Source: Auanema rhodensis (taxonomy: Eukaryota; Animalia; Nematoda). From it: DNA of 64,000 bases. Position numbers and translations under genes: made by a program. Below are positions 39,650-55,400 of this stretch, piece by piece. The notes below the pieces were generated by a model that was not told where the DNA came from, did no database searches, and was given only the letters and a program-made list of their open reading frames with translations. The stretch's first letter is position 1. Every line of letters starts with the position of its first letter. The stretch spans positions 3,348,001 to 3,412,000 of the forward strand of contig OZ059900.1 of the NCBI GenBank assembly GCA_964057225.1, read 5' to 3'.

Positions 39650-42600
39650 TTGAGCGAAAATCAGTATTTAAACATCACTAGCGTTTAATTGATGATTTTT
39701 GTTGTCATAGACAATAAAACTATGCTTCTGATCATATATATGAGCGATTTAGCCAAATTAGACTCAAAACTCGGAAATTTCAAAAATTCTTTCTATTTTC
39801 GACCTTTTTTGATCAAAATGAATATATATCAGTGCAAGCTCATAAAAATAGACTGATTTTGTGCATTGTATGTTTGATTCTCAAATCTTAACGAATATGA
39901 TCAAAATTTACAAGTATTACAGATTTTGTACCAAAAATCGGTGAGTATATGGTGTTAAAGGCATAAAAACGACCATACTTAGTGTAGTAATGCTACTTGA
40001 GCGAAAATCAGTATTTAAATATCACTAGCGTTTAATTGATGACTTTTGTTGTTATAGACAGTAAAACTATGCTTTTGATCATATATATGAGCGATTTAGC
40101 CCAATTGGACTCAAAACTCGGAAAATTCAAAAATTCTTTCTATTTTCGACCTTTTTTGATCAAAATAAATAAATATCAGTGCAAACTCATAAAAATAGAC
40201 TTATTTCGTGTATTATGTGTTTGATTCTCGAATCTTAACGAATATGATCAAAATTTACAAGTATTACAGATTTTGTACCAAAAATCGGTGAGTATATGGT
40301 GTTAAAGGCATAAAAACGACCATACTTAGTGTAGTAATGCTATTTGAGCGAAAATCAGTATTTAAACATCACTAGCGTTTAATTAATGACTTTTGTTGTT
40401 ATAGACAATAAAACTATGTTTTTGATCATATATATGAGCGATTTAGCCCAATTGGACTCAAAACTCGGAAAATTCAAAAATTCTTTCTATTTTCGACCTT
40501 TTTTGATCAAAATGAATAAATATCAGTGCAAACTCATAAAAATAGACTTATTTCGTGTATTATGTGTTTGATTCTTGAATCTTAACGAATATGATCAAAA
40601 TTTACAAGTATTACAGATTTTGTACCAAAAATCGGTGAGTATATGGTGTTAGAGGCATAAAAACGACCATACTTAGTGTAGTAATGCTATTTGAGTGAAA
40701 TTCAGTGATTTAAACATTATTAGTGTATATTTGAAGACTTTTGTTATCATAGACAATAAAACTATGCTTCTGATCATATATATGAGCGGTTTAGCCCAAT
40801 TGGGCTCAAAACTCGGAAATTTCAAAAATTCTTTCTATTTTCGACCTTTTTTGATCAAAATGAATAAATATCAGTGCAAACTCATAAAAATAGACTTATT
40901 TTGTGTATTATGTGTTCGTTTCTCGAATCTTAACGAATATGATCAAAATTTACAAGTATTACAGATTTTGTACCAAAAATCGGTGAGTATATGGTGTTAA
41001 AGGCATAAAAACGACCATACTTAGTGTAGTAATGCTACTTGAGCGAAAATCAGTATTTAAATATCACTAGCGTTTAATTGATGACTTTTGTTGTTATAGA
41101 CAGTAAAACTATGTTTTTGATCATATATATGAGCGATTTAGCCCAATTGGACTCAAAACTCGGAAATTTCAAAAATTCTTTCTATTTTCGACCTTTTTTG
41201 ATCAAAATGAATAAATATCAGTGCAAACTCATAAAAATAGACTGATTTTGTTTATTGTGTGTTTGATTTTTGAATCTTAACAAATATGATCAAAATTTAC
41301 GAGTATTACAGATTTTGTACCAAAAATCGGTGAGTATATGGTGTTAAAGGCATAAAAACGACCATACTTAGTGTAGTAATGCTATTTGAGCGAAAATCAG
41401 TATTTAAACATCACTAGCGTTTAATTGATGACTTTTGTTGTCATAGACAATAAAACTATGCTTCTGATCATATATATGAGCGATTTAGCCCAATTGGACT
41501 CAAAACTCGGAAAATTCAAAAATTCTTTCTATTTTCGATCTTTTTTGATCAAAATGAATATATATCAGTGCAAGCTCATAAAAATAGACTGATTTTGTGT
41601 ATTGTATGTTTGATTCTCAAATCTTAACGAATATGATCAAAATTTACGAGTATTACAGATTTTGTACCAAAAATCGGTGAGTATATGGTGTTAAAGGCAT
41701 AAAAACGACCATACATAGTGTAGTAATGCTATTTGAGCGAAATTCAGTATTTAAACATCACTAGCGTTTAATTGATGACTTTTGTTGTTATAGACAATAA
41801 AACTATGTTTTTGATCATATATATGAGCGATTTAGCCAAATTAGACTCAAAACTCGGAAATTTCAAAAATTCTTTCTATTTTCGAACTTTTTTTGATCAA
41901 AATGAATAAATATCAGTGCAAAATCATAAAAATAGACTTATTTCGTGTATTATGTGTTTGATTCTCGAATCTTAACGAATATGATCAAAATTTACAAGTA
42001 TTACAGATTTTGTACCAAAAATCGGTGAGTATATGGTGTTAGAGGCATAAAAACGACCATACTTAGTGTAGTAATGCTATTTGAGTGAAATTCAGTGATT
42101 TAAACATTATTAGTGTATATTTGAAGACTTTTGTTATCATAGACAATAAAACTATGCTTTTGATCATATATATGAGCGATTTAGCCAAATTAGACTCAAA
42201 ACTCGGAAATTTCAAAAATTCTTTCTATTTTCGACCTTTTTTGATCAAAATGAATAAATATCAGTGCAAACTCGTAAAAATAAACTTATTTCGTGTATTG
42301 TGTGTTTGATTCTCGAATCTCACCGAATATGATCAAAATTTACGAGTATTACAGATTTTGTACCAAAAATCGGTGAGTATATGGTGTTAAAGGCATAAAA
42401 ACGACCATACTTAGTGTAGTAATGCTATTTGAGCGAAAATCAGTATTTAAACATCACTAGCGTTTAATTGATGACTTTTGTTGTTATAGACAATAAAACT
42501 ATGCTTCTGATCATATATATGAGCGATTTAGCCCAATTCGACTCAAAACTCGGAAAATTCAAAAATTCTTTCTATTTTCGACCTTTTTTGATGAAAATGA

Positions 42601-45600
42601 ATATATATCAGTGTAAACTCATAAAAATAGACTGATTTTGTGTATTGTGTGTTTGATTCTCAAATCTTAACAAATATGATCAAATTTTACGAGTATTACA
42701 GATTTTGTACCAAAAATCGGTGAGTATATGGTGTTAAAGGCATAAAAACGACCATACTTAGTGTAGTAATGCTATTTGAGCGAAAATCAGTATTTAAACA
42801 TCACTAGCGTTTAATTGATGATTTTTGTTGTCATAGACAATAAAACTATGCTTCTGATCATATATATGAGCGATTTAGCCAAATTAGACTCAAAACTCGG
42901 AAATTTCAAAAATTCTTTCTATTTTCGACCTTTTTTGATCAAAATGAATATATATCAGTGCAAGCTCATAAAAATAGACTGATTTTGTGTATTGTATGTA
43001 TGATTCTCAAATCTTAACGAATATGATCAAAATTTACAAGTATTACAGATTTTGTACCAAAAATCGGTGAGTATATGGTGTTAAAGGCATAAAAACGACC
43101 ATACTTAGTGTAGTAATGCTACTTGAGCGAAAATCAGTATTTAAATATCACTAGCGTTTAATTGATGACTTTTGTTGTTATAGACAATAAAACTATGTTT
43201 TTGATCATATATATGAGCGATTTAGCCCAATTGGACTCAAAACTCGGAAAATTCAAAAATTCTTTCTATTTTCGACCTTTTTTGATCAAAATGAATAAAT
43301 ATCAGTGCAAACTCATAAAAATAGACTTATTTCGTGTATTATGTGTTTGATTCTCGAATCTTAACGAATATGATCAAAATTTACAAGTATTACAGATTTT
43401 GTACCAAAAATCGGTGAGTATATGGTGTTAGAGGCATAAAAACGACCATACTTAGTGTAGTAATGCTATTTGAGTGAAATTCAGTGATTTAAACATTATT
43501 AGTGTATATTTGAAGAGTTTTGTTATCATAGACAATAAAACTATGCTTCTGATCATATATATGAGCGGTTTAGCCCAATTGGGCTCAAAACTCGGAAATT
43601 TCAAAAATTCTTTCTATTTTCGACCTTTTTTGATCAAAATGAATAAATATCAGTGCAAACTCATAAAAATAGACTTATTTTGTGTATTATGTGTTCGTTT
43701 CTCGAATCTTAACGAATATGATCAAAATTTACAAGTATTACAGATTTTGTACCAAAAATCGGTGAGTATATGGTGTTAAAGGCATAAAAACGACCATACT
43801 TAGTGTAGTAATGCTACTTGAGCGAAAATCAGTATTTAAATATCACTAGCGTTTAATTGATGACTTTTGTTGTTATAGACAGTAAAACTATGTTTTTGAT
43901 CATATATATGAGCGATTTAGCCCAATTGGACTCAAAACTCGGAAATTTCAAAAATTCTTTCTATTTTCGACCTTTTTTGATCAAAATGAATAAATATCAG
44001 TGCAAACTCATAAAAATAGACTGATTTTGTTTATTGTGTGTTTGATTTTTGAATCTTAACAAATATGATCAAAATTTACGAGTATTACAGATTTTGTACC
44101 AAAAATCGGTGAGTATATGGTGTTAAAGGCATAAAAACGACCATACTTAGTGTAGTAATGCTATTTGAGCGAAATTCAGTATTTAAACATCACTAGCGTT
44201 TAATTGATGACTTTTGTTGTTATAGACAATAAAACTATGTTTTTGATCATATATATGAGCGATTTAGCCAAATTAGACTCAAAACTCGGAAATTTCAAAA
44301 ATTCTTTCTATTTTCGACCTTTTTTGATCAAAATGAATATATATCAGTGCAAGCTCATAAAAATAGACTGATTTTGTGTATTGTATGTTTGATTCTCAAA
44401 TCTTAACGAATATGATCAAAATTTACAAGTATTACAGATTTTGTACCAAAAATCGGTGAGTATATGGTGTTAAAGGCATAAAAACGACCATACTTAGTGT
44501 AGTAATGCTATTTGAGCGAAATTCAGTATTTAAACATCACTAGCGTTTAATTGATGACTTTTGTTGTTATAGACAATAAAACTATGTTTTTGATCATATA
44601 TATGAGCGATTTAGCCAAATTAGACTCAAAACTCGGAAATTTCAAAAATTCTTTCTATTTTCGAACTTTTTTTGATCAAAATGAATAAATATCAGTGCAA
44701 AATCATAAAAATAGACTTATTTCGTGTATTATGTGTTTGATTCTCGAATCTTAACGAATATGATCAAAATTTACAAGTATTACAGATTTTGTACCAAAAA
44801 TCGGTGAGTATATGGTGTTAGAGGCATAAAAACGACCATACTTAGTGTAGTAATGCTATTTGAGTGAAATTCAGTGATTTAAACATTATTAGTGTATATT
44901 TGAAGACTCTTGTTATCATAGACAATAAAACTATGCTTATGATCATATATATGAGCGATTTAGCCAAATTAGACTCAAAACTCGGAAATTTCAAAAATTC
45001 TTTCTATTTTCGACCTTTTTTGATCAAAATGAATAAATATCAGTGCAAACTCGTAAAAATAAACTTATTTCGTGTATTGTGTGTTTGATTCTCGAATCTC
45101 ACCGAATATGATCAAAATTTACGAGTATTACAGATTTTGTACCAAAAATCGGTGAGTATATGGTGTTAAAGGCATAAAAACGACCATACTTAGTGTAGTA
45201 ATGCTATTTGAGCGAAAATCAGTATTTAAACATCACTAGCGTTTAATTGATGACTTTTGTTGTTATAGACAATAAAACTATGCTTTTGATCATATATATG
45301 AGCGATTTAGCCCAATTCGACTCAAAACTCGGAAAATTCAAAAATTCTTTCTATTTTCGACCTTTTTTGATGAAAATGAATATATATCAGTGTAAACTCA
45401 TAAAAATAGACTTATTTCGTGTATTATGTGTTTGATTCTCGAATCTTAACGAATATGATCAAAATTTACAAGTATTACAGATTTTGTACCAAAAATCGGT
45501 GAGTATATGGTGTTAAAGGCATAAAAACGACCATACTTAGTGTAGTAATGCTATTTGAGCGAAAATCAGTATTTAAACATCACTAGCGTTCAATTAATGA

Positions 45601-48600
45601 CTTTTGTTGTTATAGACAATAAAACTATGTTTTTGATCATATATATGAGCGATTTAGCCCAATTGGACTCAAAACTCGGAAAATTCAAAAATTCTTTCTA
45701 TTTTCGACCTTTTTTGATCAAAATGAATAAATATCAGTGCAAACTCATAAAAATAGACTTATTTCGTGTATTATGTGTTTGATTCTCGAATCTTAACGAA
45801 TATGATCAAAATTTACAAGTATTACAGATTTTGTACCAAAAATCGGTGAGTATATGGTGTTAGAGGCATAAAAACGACCATACTTAGTGTAGTAATGCTA
45901 TTTGAGTGAAATTCAGTGATTTAAACATTATTAGTGTATATTTGAAGACTTTTGTTATCATAGACAATAAAACTATGCTTCTGATCATATATATGAGCGG
46001 TTTAGCCCAATTGGGCTCAAAACTCGGAAATTTCAAAAATTCTTTCTATTTTCGACCTTTTTTGATCAAAATAAATAAATATCAGTGCAAACTCATAAAA
46101 ATAGACTTATTTTGTGTATTATGTGTTTGATTCTCGAATCGTAACGAATATGATCAAAATTTACAAGTATTACAGATTTTGTACCAAAAATCGGTGAGTA
46201 TATGGTGTTAGAGGCATAAAAACGACCATACTTAGTGTAGTAATGCTATTTGAGTGAAATTCAGTGATTTAAACATTATTAGTGTATATTTGAAGACTTT
46301 TGTTATCATAGACAATAAAACTATGCTTCTGATCATATATATGAGCGGTTTAGCCCAATTGGGCTCAAATCTCGGAAAATTCAAAAATTCTTTCTATTTT
46401 CGACCTTTTTTGATGAAAATGAATATATATCAGTGTAAACTCATAAAAATAGACTGATTTAGTGTATTGTGTGTTTGATTCTCAAATCTTAACAAATATG
46501 ATCAAATTTTACGAGTATTACAGATTTTGTACCAAAAATCGGTGAGTATATGGTGTTAAAGGCATAAAAACGACCATACTTAGTGTAGTAATGCTATTTG
46601 AGCGAAAATCAGTATTTAAACATCACTAGCGTTTAATTGATGATTTTTGTTGTCATAGACAATGAAACTATGCTTCTGATCATATATATGAGCGATTTAG
46701 CCAAATTAGACTCAAAACTCGGAAATTTCAAAAATTCTTTCTATTTTCGACCTTTTTTGATCAAAATGAATATATATCAGTGCAAGCTCATAAAAATAGA
46801 CTGATTTTGTGTATTATGTGTTTGATTCTCGAATCTTAACGAATATGATCAAAATTTACAAGTATTACAGATTTTGTACCAAAAATCGGTGAGTATATGG
46901 TGTTAGAGGCATAAAAACGACCATACTTAGTGTAGTAATGCTATTTGAGTGAAATTCAGTGATTTAAACATTATTAGTGTATATTTGAAGACTTTTGTTA
47001 TCATAGACAATAAAACTATGCTTCTGATCATATATATGAGCGGTTTAGCCCAATTGGGCTCAAAACTCGGAAATTTCAAAAATTCTTTCTATTTTCGACC
47101 TTTTTTGATCAAAATAAATAAATATCAGTGCAAACTCATAAAAATAGACTTATTTTGTGTATTATGTGTTTGATTCTCGAATCGTAACGAATATGATCAA
47201 AATTTACAAGTATTACAGATTTTGTACCAAAAATCGGTGAGTATATGGTGTTAGAGGCATAAAAACGACCATACTTAGTGTAGTAATGCTATTTGAGTGA
47301 AATTCAGTGATTTAAACATTATTAGTGTATATTTGAAGACTTTTGTTATCATAGACAATAAAACTATGCTTCTGATCATATATATGAGCGGTTTAGCCCA
47401 ATTGGGCTCAAAACTCGGAAATTTCAAAAATTCTTTCTATTTTCGACCTTTTTTGATCAAAATAAATAAATATCAGTGCAAACTCATAAAAATAGACTTA
47501 TTTTGTGTATTATGTGTTTGATTCTCGAATCTTAACAAATATGATCAAAATTTACAAGTATTACAGATTTTGTACCAAAAATCGGTGAGTATATGGTGTT
47601 AAAGGCATAAAAACGACCATACTTAGTGTAGTAATGCTATTTGAGCGAAAATCAGTATTTAAACATCACTAGCGTTTAATTGATGACTTTTGTTGTTATA
47701 GACAATAAAACTATGTTTTTGATCATATATATGAGCGATTTAGCCCAATTGGACTCAAAACTCGGAAATTTCAAAAATTCTTTCTATTTTCGACCTTTTT
47801 TGATCAAAATGAATAAATATCAGTGCAAACTCATAAAAATAGACTGATTTTGTTTATTGTGTGTTTGATTTTTGAATCTTAACAAATATGATCAAAATTT
47901 ACGAGTATTACAGATTTTGTACCAAAAATCGGTGAGTATATGGTGTTAAAGGCATAAAAACGACCATACTTAGTGTAGTAATGCTATTTGAGCGAAAATC
48001 AGTATTTAAACATCACTAGCGTTTAATTGATGACTTTTGTTGTCATAGACAATAAAACTATGCTTCTGATCATATATATGAGCGATTTAGCCCAATTGGA
48101 CTCAAAACTCGGAAAATTCAAAAATTCTTTCTATTTTCGATCTTTTTTGATCAAAATGAATATATATCAGTGCAAGCTCATAAAAATAGACTGATTTTGT
48201 GTATTGTATGTTTGATTCTCAAATCTTAACGAATATGATCAAAATTTACGAGTATTACAGATTTTGTACCAAAAATCGGTGAGTATATGGTGTTAAAGGC
48301 ATAAAAACGACCATACATAGTGTAGTAATGCTATTTGAGCGAAATTCAGTATTTAAACATCACTAGCGTTTAATTGATGACTTTTGTTGTTATAGACAAT
48401 AAAACTATGTTTTTGATCATATATATGAGCGATTTAGCCAAATTAGACTCAAAACTCGGAAATTTCAAAAATTCTTTCTATTTTCGAACTTTTTTTGATC
48501 AAAATGAATAAATATCAGTGCAAAATCATAAAAATAGACTTATTTCGTGTATTATGTGTTTGATTCTCGAATCTTAACGAATATGATCAAAATTTACAAG

Positions 48601-51100
48601 TATTACAGATTTTGTACCAAAAATCGGTGAGTATATGGTGTTAGAGGCATAAAAACGACCATACTTAGTGTAGTAATGCTATTTGAGTGAAATTCAGTGA
48701 TTTAAACATTATTAGTGTATATTTGAAGACTTTTGTTATCATAGACAATAAAACTATGCTTTTGATCATATATATGAGCGATTTAGCCAAATTAGACTCA
48801 AAACTCGGAAATTTCAAAAATTCTTTCTATTTTCGACCTTTTTTGATCAAAATGAATAAATATCAGTGCAAACTCGTAAAAATAAACTTATTTCGTGTAT
48901 TGTGTGTTTGATTCTCGAATCTCACCGAATATGATCAAAATTTACGAGTATTACAGATTTTGTACCAAAAATCGGTGAGTATATGGTGTTAAAGGCATAA
49001 AAACGACCATACTTAGTGTAGTAATGCTATTTGAGCGAAAATCAGTATTTAAACATCACTAGCGTTTAATTGATGACTTTTGTTGTTATAGACAATAAAA
49101 CTATGCTTCTGATCATATATATGAGCGATTTAGCCCAATTCGACTCAAAACTCGGAAAATTCAAAAATTCTTTCTATTTTCGACCTTTTTTGATGAAAAT
49201 GAATATATATCAATGTAAACTCATAAAAATAGACTGATTTTGTGTATTGTGTGTTTGATTCTCAAATATTAACAAATATGATCAAATTTTACGAGTATTA
49301 CAGATTTTGTACCAAAAATCGGTGAGTATATGGTGTTAAAGGCATAAAAACGACCATACTTAGTGTAGTAATGCTATTTGAGCGAAAATCAGTATTTAAA
49401 CATCACTAGCGTTTAATTGATGATTTTTGTTGTCATAGACAATAAAACTATGCTTCTGATCATATATATGAGCGATTTAGCCAAATTAGACTCAAAACTC
49501 GGAAATTTCAAAAATTCTTTCTATTTTCGACCTTTTTTGATCAAAATGAATATATATCAGTGCAAGCTCATAAAAATAGACTGATTTTGTGCATTGTATG
49601 TTTGATTCTCAAATCTTAACGAATATGATCAAAATTTACAAGTATTACAGATTTTGTACCAAAAATCGGTGAGTATATGGTGTTAAAGGCATAAAAACGA
49701 CCATACTTAGTGTAGTAATGCTACTTGAGCGAAAATCAGTATTTAAATATCACTAGCGTTTAATTGATGACTTTTGTTGTTATAGACAGTAAAACTATGC
49801 TTTTGATCATATATATGAGCGATTTAGCCCAATTGGACTCAAAACTCGGAAAATTCAAAAATTCTTTCTATTTTCGACCTTTTTTGATCAAAATAAATAA
49901 ATATCAGTGCAAACTCATAAAAATAGACTTATTTCGTGTATTATGTGTTTGATTCTCGAATCTTAACGAATATGATCAAAATTTACAAGTATTACAGATT
50001 TTGTACCAAAAATCGGTGAGTATATGGTGTTAAAGGCATAAAAACGACCATACTTAGTGTAGTAATGCTATTTGAGCGAAAATCAGTATTTAAACATCAC
50101 TAGCGTTTAATTAATGACTTTTGTTGTTATAGACAATAAAACTATGTTTTTGATCATATATATGAGCGATTTAGCCCAATTGGACTCAAAACTCGGAAAA
50201 TTCAAAAATTCTTTCTATTTTCGACCTTTTTTGATCAAAATGAATAAATATCAGTGCAAACTCATAAAAATAGACTTATTTCGTGTATTATGTGTTTGAT
50301 TCTCGAATCTTAACGAATATGATCAAAATTTACAAGTATTACAGATTTTGTACCAAAAATCGGTGAGTATATGGTGTTAGAGGCATAAAAACGACCATAC
50401 TTAGTGTAGTAATGCTATTTGAGTGAAATTCAGTGATTTAAACATTATTAGTGTATATTTGAAGACTTTTGTTATCATAGACAATAAAACTATGCTTCTG
50501 ATCATATATATGAGCGGTTTAGCCCAATTGGGCTCAAAACTCGGAAATTTCAAAAATTCTTTCTATTTTCGACCTTTTTTGATCAAAATGAATAAATATC
50601 AGTGCAAACTCATAAAAATAGACTTATTTTGTGTATTATGTGTTCGTTTCTCGAATCTTAACGAATATGATCAAAATTTACAAGTATTACAGATTTTGTA
50701 CCAAAAATCGGTGAGTATATGGTGTTAAAGGCATAAAAACGACCATACTTAGTGTAGTAATGCTACTTGAGCGAAAATCAGTATTTAAATATCACTAGCG
50801 TTTAATTGATGACTTTTGTTGTTATAGACAGTAAAACTATGTTTTTGATCATATATATGAGCGATTTAGCCCAATTGGACTCAAAACTCGGAAATTTCAA
50901 AAATTCTTTCTATTTTCGACCTTTTTTGATCAAAATGAATAAATATCAGTGCAAACTCATAAAAATAGACTGATTTTGTTTATTGTGTGTTTGATTTTTG
51001 AATCTTAACAAATATGATCAAAATTTACGAGTATTACAGATTTTGTACCAAAAATCGGTGAGTATATGGTGTTAAAGGCATAAAAACGACCATACTTAGT
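39650..51100 (+). repeat. 9-mer HOR family (3,126 bp) with an 8-mer (2,779 bp) deletion variant; fragment again at about 62600-64000
   Basis: Markers: CGAACTTTTTTT (41886, 44665, 48488, 63082), GTTCGTTTCTCG (about 40917, 43696, 50645), CATACATAGTG (about 41716, 48318, 62911). Boundaries are approximate. Confidence 0.82.
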
Positions 51101-52489
51101 GTAGTAATGCTATTTGAGCGAAATTCAGTATTAAAACATCACTAGCGTTTAATTGAAGACTTTTGTTGTTATAGACAATAGAACTATGCTTTTGATCATA
51201 TATATGAGCGATTTAGCCAAATTGGACTCAAAACTCGGAAATTTCAAAAATTCTTTCTATTTTCGACCTTTTTTGATCAAAATGAATAAATATCAGTGCA
51301 AACTTGTAAAAATAGACTTATTTCGTGTATTATGTGTTTGATTCTCAAATCTTAACGAATATGATCGAAATTTACAAGTATTACAGATTTTGTACCAAAA
51401 ATCGGTGAGTATATGGTGTTAAAGGCATAAAAACGACCATACTTAGTGTAGTAATGCTATTTGAGTGAAATTCAGTGATTTAATCATTACTAGTGTATAT
51501 TTGAAGACTTTTGTTATCATAGACAGTAAAACTATGCGTTTGATCATATATATGAGCGATTTAGCCCAATTGGACTCAAAACTCGGAAAATTCAAAAATT
51601 CTTTCTATTTTCGACCTTTTTTGATCAAAATGAATAAATATCAGTGCAAACTCGTGAAAATAAACTCATTTCGTGTATTGTGTGTTTGATTCTCGAATCT
51701 TAACGAATATGATCGAAATTTACGAGTATCACAGATTTTGTACCAAAAATCGGTGAGTATATGGTGTTGAAGGTATAAAAACGACCATACTTAGTGTAGT
51801 AATGCTATTTGAGCGAAATTCAGTGATTTAAACATCATTAGTGTTCAATCAATGACTTTTGTTGTCATAGACAATACATCTATGCTTCTGATCATATATA
51901 TGAGCGATTTAGCCAAATTAGACTCAAAACTCGAAAATTTCAAAAAATCTTTCTATTTTCGACCTTTTTTGATCAAAATGAATAAATATCAGTGCAAACT
52001 TGTAAAAATAGACTTATTTCGTGTATTATGTGTTTGATTCTCGAATCTTAACGAATATGATCAAAATTTACAAGTATTACAGATTTTGTACCAAAAATCG
52101 GTGAGTATATGGTGTTAAAGGCATAAAAACGACCATACTTAGTGTAGTAATGCTATTTGAGCGAAAATCAGTATTTAAACATCACTAGCGTTTAATTGAT
52201 GATTTTTGTTGTCATAGACAATAAAACTATGCTTCTGATCATATATATGAGCGATTTAGCCAAATTAGACTCAAAACTCGGAAATTTCAAAAATTCTTTC
52301 TATTTTCGACCTTTTTTGATCAAAATGAATATATATCAGTGCAAGCTCATAAAAATAGACTGATTTTGTGTATTGTATGTTTGATTCTCGAATCTTAACG
52401 AATATGATCAAAATTTACGAGTATTACAGATTTTGTACCAAAAATCGGTGAGTATATGGTGTTAAAGGCATAAAAACGACCATACTTAG

Positions 52490-55400
52490 TGTAGTAAAGC
52501 TATTTGAGTGAAATTCAGTGATTTACACATTATTAGTGTATATTTGAAGACTTTTGTTATCATAGACAGTAAAACTATGCTTTTGATCATATATATGAGC
52601 GATTTAGCCCAATTGGACTCAAAACTCGGAAAATTCAAAAATTCTTTCTATTTTCGACCTTTTTTGATCAAAATGAATAAATATCAGCGCAAACTCATAA
52701 AAATAGACTTATTTCGTGTATTATGTGTTTGATTCTCGAATCTTAACGAATATGATCAAAATTTACAAGTATTACAGATTTTGTACCAAAAATCGGTGAG
52801 TATATGGTGTTAAAGGCATAAAAACGACCATACTTAGTGTAGTAATGCTATTTGAGCGAAATTTAGTGATTTAAACATCATTAGTGTTTAATTAATGACT
52901 TTTGTTGTCATAGACAATAAAACTATGCTTCTGATCATATATATGAGCGATTTAGCCAAATTAGACTCAAAACTCGTAAATTTCAAAAATTCTTTCTATT
53001 TTCGACCTTTTTTGATCAAAATGAATGTATATCAGTGCAAACTCATAAAAATAGACTAATTTTGTTTATTGTGTGTTTGATTTTCAAATCTTAACGAATA
53101 TGATCAAAATTTACGAGTATTACAGATTTTGTACCAAAAATCGGTGAGTATATGGTGTTAAAGGCATAAAAACGACCATACTTAGTGTAGTAAAGCTATT
53201 TGAGTGAAATTCAGTATTTAAACATCACTAGCGTTTAATTGATGACTTTTGTTGTCATAGACAGTAAAACTATGCTTTTGATCATATATATGAGCGATTT
53301 AGCCCAATTGGACTCAAAACTCGGAAAATTCAAAAATTCTTTCTATTTTCGACCTTTTTTGATCAAAATGAATAAATATCAGTGCAAACTCATAAAAATA
53401 GACTTATTTCGTGTATTATGTGTTTGATTCTCGAATCTTAACGAATATGATCAAAATTTACAAGTATTACAGATTTTGTACCAAAAATCGGTGAGTATAT
53501 GGTGTTAAAGGCATAAAAACGACCATACTTAGTGTAGTAATGCTATTTGAGCGAAAACCAGTATTTAAACATCACTAGCGTTTAATTGATGATTTTTGTT
53601 GTCATAGACAATAAAACTATGCTTCTGATCATATATATGAGCGATTTAGCCAAATTAGACTCAAAACTCGTAAATTTCAAAAATTCTTTCTATTTTCGAC
53701 CTTTTTTGATCAAAATGAATATATATCAGTGCAAGCTCATAAAAATAGACTGATTTTGTGTATTGTATGTTTGATTCTCGAATCTTAACGAATATGATCA
53801 AAATTTACGAGTATTACAGATTTTGTACCAAAAATCGGTGAGTATATGGTGTTAAAGGCATAAAAACGACCATACTTAGTGTAGTAAAGCTATTTGAGTG
53901 AAATTCAGTGATTTACACATTATTAGTGTATATTTGAAGACTTTTGTTGTCATAGACAATAAAACTATGCTTTTGATCATATATATGAGCGATTTAGCCA
54001 AATTAGACTCAAAACTCGGAAATTTCAAAAATTCTTTCTATTTTCGACCTTTTTTGATCAAAATGAATAAATATCAGTGCAAACTCGTAAAAATAAACTT
54101 ATTTCGTGTATTGTGTGTTTGATTCTCGAATCTCACCGAATATGATCAAAATTTACGAGTATCACAGATTTTGTACCAAAAATCGGTGAGTATATGGTGT
54201 TAAAGGCATAAAAACGACCATACTTAGTGTAGTAATGCTATTTGAGTGAAATTCAGTATTTAAACATCACTAGCGTTTAATTGATGACTTTTGTTGTTAT
54301 AGACAATAAAACTATGCTTTTGATCATATATATGAGCGATTTAGCCAAATTGGACTCAAAACTCGGAAATTTCAAAAATTCTTTCTATTTTCGATCTTTT
54401 TTGATCAAAATGAATAAATATCAGTGCAAACTTGTAAAAATAGACTTATTTCGTGTATTATGTGTTTGATTCTCGAATCTTAACGAATATGATCAAAATT
54501 TACGAGTATTACAGATTTTGTACCAAAAATCGGTGAGTATATGGTGTTAAAGGCATAAAAACGACCATACTTAGTGTAGTAAAGCTATTTGAGTGAAATT
54601 CAGTGATTTACACATTATTAGTGTATATTTGAAGACTTTTGTTATCATAGACAGTAAAACTATGCTTTTGATCATATATATGAGCGATTTAGCCCAATTG
54701 GACTCAAAACTCGGAAAATTCAAAAATTCTTTCTATTTTCGACCTTTTTTGATCAAAATGAATAAATATCAGCGCAAACTCATAAAAATAGACTTATTTC
54801 GTGTATTATGTGTTTGATTCTCGAATCTTAACGAATATGATCAAAATTTACAAGTATTACAGATTTTGTACCAAAAATCGGTGAGTATATGGTGTTAAAG
54901 GCATAAAAACGACCATACTTAGTGTAGTAATGCTATTTGAGCGAAATTTAGTGATTTAAACATCATTAGTGTTTAATTAATGACTTTTGTTGTCATAGAC
55001 AATAAAACTATGCTTCTGATCATATATATGAGCGATTTAGCCAAATTAGACTCAAAACTCGTAAATTTCAAAAATTCTTTCTATTTTCGACCTTTTTTGA
55101 TCAAAATGAATGTATATCAGTGCAAACTCATAAAAATAGACTAATTTTGTTTATTGTGTGTTTGATTTTCAAATCTTAACGAATATGATCAAAATTTACG
55201 AGTATTACAGATTTTGTACCAAAAATCGGTGAGTATATGGTGTTAAAGGCATAAAAACGACCATACTTAGTGTAGTAAAGCTATTTGAGTGAAATTCAGT
55301 ATTTAAACATCACTAGCGTTTAATTGATGACTTTTGTTGTCATAGACAGTAAAACTATGCTTTTGATCATATATATGAGCGATTTAGCCCAATTGGACTC

